The notes under the pieces are model-generated. The model searched no databases. It saw only the letters and a program-made list of their open reading frames with translations, and had not been told where the DNA came from. Below are positions 62,903-64,000 of a stretch of 64,000 nt of DNA, piece after piece. Position numbers and translations under genes: made by a program. Source of the stretch: Octopus sinensis (lineage: Eukaryota); NCBI RefSeq assembly GCF_006345805.1, contig NC_043018.1:8742001-8806000 (forward strand). Reading direction: 5' to 3'. The stretch's first letter is position 1, and every line of letters begins with the position of its first letter.

Positions 62903-63120
62903 TTTTACGGAGATGTACTTGCATAGCAAGTGATTTGATCTGAGATCGTGTGCTGAAACGAAAACAATTGCAGCGTGGAAGGTGTTTGTAAGCCATTTAA
63001 GAAACACACAAAAGCCGTTCGATTCACTTCAACATTTAAGTTTAATTTGTCAAAATATTTTCGTCGCTTTAAGAACGCAACCTGTTCACTGACAAAAATA
63101 TTTTGACAAATTAAACTTAA
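62903..63120 (-). mobile_element. 218-bp hammerhead-bearing retro-insertion with 5' inverted duplication
   Basis: 12-bp TSD ATAATTCCTGGG (62891-62902, 63121-63132); perfect 28-bp inverted repeat 63034-63061 / 63095-63122. Confidence 0.8.
63046..63096 (-). ncRNA. Minimal type I hammerhead motif with G3-C8 core variant
   Basis: UUUGUCA-GUGAACA-G-GUUGC(GUUCUUAAA)GCGAC-GAA-AAUAUU-U/UGACAAA; perfect 7-bp stem I; palindromic helix III. Confidence 0.7.
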
Positions 63121-63388
63121 ATAATTCCTGGGACATTTTCAAAAAGTATTTCAAAGGTAACCAATTGTTTAGAACAAAAATACGTAGGAGTATTTTTCTT
63201 ACCTTGTTCATTCTTGCTCTGATAAAGGTGGTACATGACTGACCAGCAGATTGGACACCGGTAACTACCAGAAAAACCACCACCACCACCACCGTCACCG
63301 CTGCCACCAGCACCAGCACCACTACCACCACCACACCACCACCACCACCACCAGCAGCTGTACCACTGCTGCCAGCAGCAACAACAGT

Positions 63389-63770
63389 GGAGGTGCAATG
63401 GCCCAGTGGTTAGGGCAGCGGACTCGCGGTCGGAGGATCACGGTTTCGATATCCAGACCGGGCTTTGTGTGTGTTTATTGAGCGAAAATACCTAAAGCTT
63501 CATGAGGCTCCGGCAAGGGGTGATGACGACCCCTGTTGTACTCTTTCGTTCCAACTTTCTCTCACTCCTTTCTTCCTGTTTCTTATCCCTGACTTTCTAC
63601 GCAACCGCTGAGCCTGGATGTGCATTCATCCATCCGTCGATGCTCTCGGTGTCAGGGGTTAACCTGCTTTCTCTTCTGCGGGTTTTACGAATAGCAAAGG
63701 ACCACGTTTCGGACTCCTCCCACCACAGACAATCCTGAGGCGCGATCTTGCGAGCTCTGGGACGAAGACC
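63389..63770 (+). mobile_element. SINE family C (head H1, tail T4)
   Basis: Head matches 43519 and 53635; the tail is not seen elsewhere in the window; CAGCAACAACA on both flanks. Confidence 0.75.
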
Positions 63771-64000
63771 ACAGCAACAACACCAACACCAACACCACTG
63801 CCACCAGTATTATCATGCCTAATGTTGATGTTCATGTTGTTGTCATCACCACTTTTGCTCACTGCCTACTCTTGTGCTTGTCCTCCTCCTCCTCCTCCTC
63901 GTCATCATCATCATCATCATTATCGTAATCACTGTTATGACTTTAACACACTTCCCCTCCCCCCGATCTTTCAATCTTCACACATCTTTTAACTCAGAGA

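Noticed and set aside
63700-63775. HDV-like ribozyme in SINE tail T4
   Set aside because: Could not form P1: GACCAC recurs as a direct rather than an inverted copy

Overview
A gene-poor, repeat-saturated animal genomic window. The SINE families, RTE/CR1/R4 relics and extreme microsatellite load look like an octopod cephalopod; this comes from recognising the repeats, not from a search. I find no intact host protein-coding gene. Nearly all ORF-track entries are microsatellite, SINE or antisense-TE translations. Supported content: (1) many tRNA-headed SINEs that combine different heads and tails; (2) decayed RTE, CR1-group and R4/Dong-like LINEs; (3) a nested DNA-transposon stack at 6.8-12.8 kb, comprising a hAT with an 8-bp TSD, MITEs, and a 2.94-kb foldback with ~1.3-kb arms and a 9-bp TSD; (4) two copies of a 360-bp Helitron; (5) a GT-rich satellite spanning a 100-N gap. 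The most interesting signal is three unrelated small elements carrying type I hammerhead-ribozyme folds. Their catalytic-core 3-8 base pair covaries: C3-G8 (14.1 and 14.4 kb), U3-A8 (35.6 kb) and G3-C8 (63.1 kb). Two of these elements have 12-bp TSDs and 5' inverted duplications like Penelope-type insertions, and one carries its own tRNA-derived Pol III head. All folds and alignments were done by eye. Activity, copy number and novelty are untested, and many SINE and LINE boundaries are approximate.
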